Shown one piece after another: positions 60,751 to 64,000 of a stretch of DNA of 64,000 nucleotides; position 1 is the stretch's first letter; each line of letters starts with the position of its first letter. The stretch comes from Macrostomum lignano. Lineage: Eukaryota. The notes beneath the pieces are model-generated. The model did not search any database and had not been told where the DNA came from. It saw nothing but the letters and a program-made list of their open reading frames with translations. The stretch spans positions 62,001-126,000 of the forward strand of contig NIVC01002621.1 of assembly GCA_002269645.1 (NCBI GenBank). The letters are read 5' to 3'. A program made the translations under genes and the position numbers.

Positions 60751-61748
60751 ATCTGAGCTATAACTCTCATATACTAAATAGACTACTAATCTGTACACTA
60801 CATCAGACTACCACACTGCAGACAGCCAACGGCGAGTTCAATTCTTAACACGCCGACTCTCAGCAACTAATCTACAGGGAAAAAGGATAACAGACTCTGA
60901 TACAGAAAAAGCCATCAACAAAATCAGCCTGATCGATAATCAGATCACGAATCGGGCCAGTACCCCCCCCCCTAGCAACGGAGGATCGGGAAGCCACAGC
61001 CAGCCGCATCAGATTCTCTCCCGGTCTCCCACCCCCGCACCCAAAGCGTGGGAGAAATCTCCCATCAGTAGGTACCGGGAAGAAACTGTGGGCCCAGCTA
61101 CAGCTAGAGGCGGAGGGATTAAGCCTTGGCGGCCTGGTCAGTGTTTATCCGGGGCGTCGGCCCTGCCCAGCGCCATCGCAGCGCATCGCAAATCCGCATT
61201 TTTAGGAACGATGGGAAAACCCTGTTTGAGGTGTGATTAATTTTGACAAGCCAGTTGCTAAGCGAGGGTGCCAGCATAAGGTTGAGAGGAAAAGTTTCAG
61301 TCTAGACTTGAGACTTGGTTTATTGCTTACGATTGCTTGGTTTATGCAGAAGTCCTTTTGAAGAGAAATCTGCTTAAAGTGTTGGCAGTAGGCATTGGCA
61401 GTAGGAAGTAGGAATTGGAACCGCGACCGAATAAGTTACACTATAGCCGTACCACTCATACACTACCTCAATAGAATGACGCGTCTTAACCCCATAGACA
61501 CCCCACCCCACACTACCACACCATAGACTACCGCATCATAAGCTGAGCTACCACACCATAGACTACCACATCATAAGCTAAGCTACCACACCATACACTA
61601 CCACATCATAAGCTAAGCTACCACACCATAGACTACCACATCATAAGTTGTTTAGAAGTTGTTTAGAAGTTGTTTAGATTCTAGTGTTTAGAAGTTATTA
61701 TAATTATAAAATTGGGATTTGGTATTCGAAATTCGGGTTTTGGGGAAG

Positions 61749-62602
61749 GTCTTGCCAAGGGGTCGCCATCATAAGCTCGAAAAATCACATCGTCGAAAAC
61801 AAGGCTCCATCACAAGCTGGAAAAGTCACAAGCTCGAAAAATCACATCGTCGAAAACTGATTTAGCAGCCACCATCACAAGCTCGAAAAGTCATAAGCTC
61901 GAAAAATCATAACGTCGAAAAGTTTAGCAACCACCATCACAAGCTCGAAAAGTCATAAGCTCGAAAAATCACATCGTCGAAAACTGATTTAGCAACCACC
62001 ATCACAAGCTCGAAAAGTCATAAGCTCGAAAAATCACATCGTCGAAAACTGATTTAGCAGCCACCATCACAAGCTCGAAAAGTCATAAGCTCGAAAAATC
62101 ACATCGTCGAAAAGTTTAGCAACCATCATCACAAGCTCGAAAAGGCACAAGCTCTAACCCTAACCCCAAGGCACTAACCCTAAGGCACCAGTACCCTAGC
62201 CTAACCCTGAACCATAACCCTAACCCCAACCCTAACCTAACCCTAACCTTAAGGCACAAGTTCTAACCCCAACCCTATTCAAGCTTGTGATGGTGGTTGC
62301 TAACCTTTTCGACAACGTGACTTTTCGAGCTTGTGAATTTTTGAGCTTTTGATGGTGGTTGCTAAACTTTTCGACGATATGATTTTTCGAGCTTATGACT
62401 TTTCGAGCTTATGACTTTTCAAGCTTGTGATGGTGGTTGCTAAATCAGTTTTCGACGATGTGATTTTTCGAGCTTATGACTTTTCGAGCTTGTGATGGTG
62501 GTTGCTAAATTTTTAGACGATGTGATTTTTCGAGCTTGTGATGGTGGATGCTTTTCGACGATGTGATTTTTCGAGCTTGTGATGGGCCCCCTTGCCAAGG
62601 AC
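61749..62602. mobile_element. Foldback-type element: modular inverted tandem arms around a degenerate (CCCTAA)n core
   Basis: Arms of about 65-bp ATCACAAGCTCGAAAA...TCACATCGTCGAAAA units forward (61765-62150) and reverse (62280-62585); termini GT(C)CTTG(C/G)CAAGGGG; no TSD found. Confidence 0.7.
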
Positions 62603-62757
62603 TACCAGAAGTACGGGACACTCTGTTTCTTGAAATTGGTCGAAGTATAAAAGCTCCAAAATGACACCCCTTGGTATTTTATTCCTTGAAAATTTCGAAT
62701 AAAAACGCAACAATGATCCCCAAGAAGACTTCTGCAGAGATCCGGGCCCCAGCTCAC

Positions 62758-63427
62758 CGGACTCGGTGACCCGGCTGTCCTCGCACTCGGCCAGGCGGGG
62801 AAGTTCCTCCCGCCGCAGGCAGGACCAGCGCTTGTCATCGGTGATGTACCATTCGTCGAAGATGAAAAAGTCATCGTCAATGTAGGGCACGTCGTAATCG
62901 ACCGACAGTCGGCCGTCGACTTTGCACGGGGTGACGGAGTCGGGGAACATGTGGTCGTCATTGACAACGCAGCAGGCGGCTGTCCGGGCCACCAGGCAGC
63001 GGATCTGCTCGTCCGTCTTGCTGGGCAGCTCGCTGACGTCGGCGTCAAAGGCTGGGGAGCGCTTCATCCCGCCGAGGCCGCCGCCCCCTCCTCCACCGAA
63101 AGTGGCCGATTCTTCGTCCGGCGGAGGCAGCAGCTTGTACATGTAGGCCGCCGAGGTGGAGCCTTCATCTCTCCTGGACAGGCCCGGCTCGGCCACCTCG
63201 GCAGCGTCCGCATCCGCCTCGGCGTCCGGCTCCACCACAGCTGGCGGTGCAGGCGTTGAACCCGAGGGCTCAGCCGCGCCAGTCGCCGATATCGACGTCA
63301 AATGATTCGCCGAGTCGTCCGATTTTGCTTTGAATCGACGCTTCCGACGATGCTGCTGCTGCTGCTGCGATGGCGCTGGCAGCGGCTGCTGGCCCTGACG
63401 GTCGCTGTTCGCCTGCTGGTTGCCCAT
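62758..63427 (-). CDS. First coding exon of an unidentified gene (MGNQQANS...)
   Basis: GC-rich ORF; acceptor TCTCTCCTTCTCCCGACATCGCCAG 35 nt upstream of the ATG; probable donor G|GTGAGC at 62757; no recognisable family motif. Confidence 0.6.
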
Positions 63428-64000
63428 GCCGAACTGCGGCCGACGCCTTCGCCTCCAGGAAGCTGGCGATGTCGGGAGAAGGAGAGACAGCAAAGCTCAA
63501 GACGGCTCACTCAGAACTTTATAAAACTGCTTCCCCTGTGTTTCAATTGCAGAAGCAGCCCTTGCTTGGCCAGCTATGAGAATTCTGATCTTCACGGAAT
63601 GCAGACTTCAGCGCTGTGACATGCCTGAACAACTGCGGTTTTTTATGTCCACCGGCTGAGCCTCTCTGGGCCTTGACTGTCGCCTTTACTTTTTCTTACT
63701 CTGCCTGGCTCTATTTCTGTCTCGCTGCAGGGTTCTGGCAGCTTGTCCCGCAGCGACAGCCCCACGCCGAGGCCCCCCTTAAGCTTGCACCGCTCCCTGC
63801 AGTGCGCGCACCCACGCCGCCCCTCCCCCTCCTCTCCGCATTTCCTCCCTCTGCTCAGCTCCAACGTTCGGGGATTAGGCCGTTCGCGATCCCCAGGGCT
63901 GGTCAGAGCGCCGCGTTCTGCCGCGCGCGGTCCGACTCCCCCTCCGCTGGGAAGCCTCGCCCACTAATTCCCCTCTGATCGATGGGGAAGCCAGAGAAGA

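Noticed and set aside
57923-60798. Long ORFs of repeated peptides (MALSRMYKN, LDSAIFLYI, YGVVASVHYAVV)
   Set aside because: Artefacts of 27- and 36-bp arrays whose unit is a multiple of 3; open in several frames on both strands.

Overview
Eukaryotic (animal) genomic DNA, very rich in minisatellites and transposons. GC-rich exons, TTAGGG repeats and splice acceptors just upstream of ATGs would fit a flatworm such as Macrostomum (inference only). Host genes: a 6-exon ERCC6L/PICH SNF2 translocase (minus, 32072-42200), a 3-exon NTPCR (minus, 43513-44689) directly upstream of it, a single-exon secreted prepropeptide candidate (15264-15524, plus), and the first coding exon of an unidentified gene (62758-63427, minus). 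A near-identical 6515-bp tandem duplication (23530-30044 / 30045-36559) copies the 3' half of ERCC6L, and an older diverged copy of its terminal exon and 3' flank lies at about 18230-19361. Mobile DNA: head-to-tail non-autonomous Helitron-like units that carry the 23-bp satellite filling 1-7250, a CACTA/EnSpm-type element with nested cargo, two identical hAT MITEs, decayed Gypsy elements, SINEs, a foldback element with a telomere-like core, and an RT-deleted RTE-like LINE whose 5' end folds as an HDV-like ribozyme. Best leads: the HDV-like ribozyme that starts at the apparent LINE 5' end, the neuropeptide-like precursor, the Helitron-borne satellite, and the triplicated ERCC6L C-terminus.
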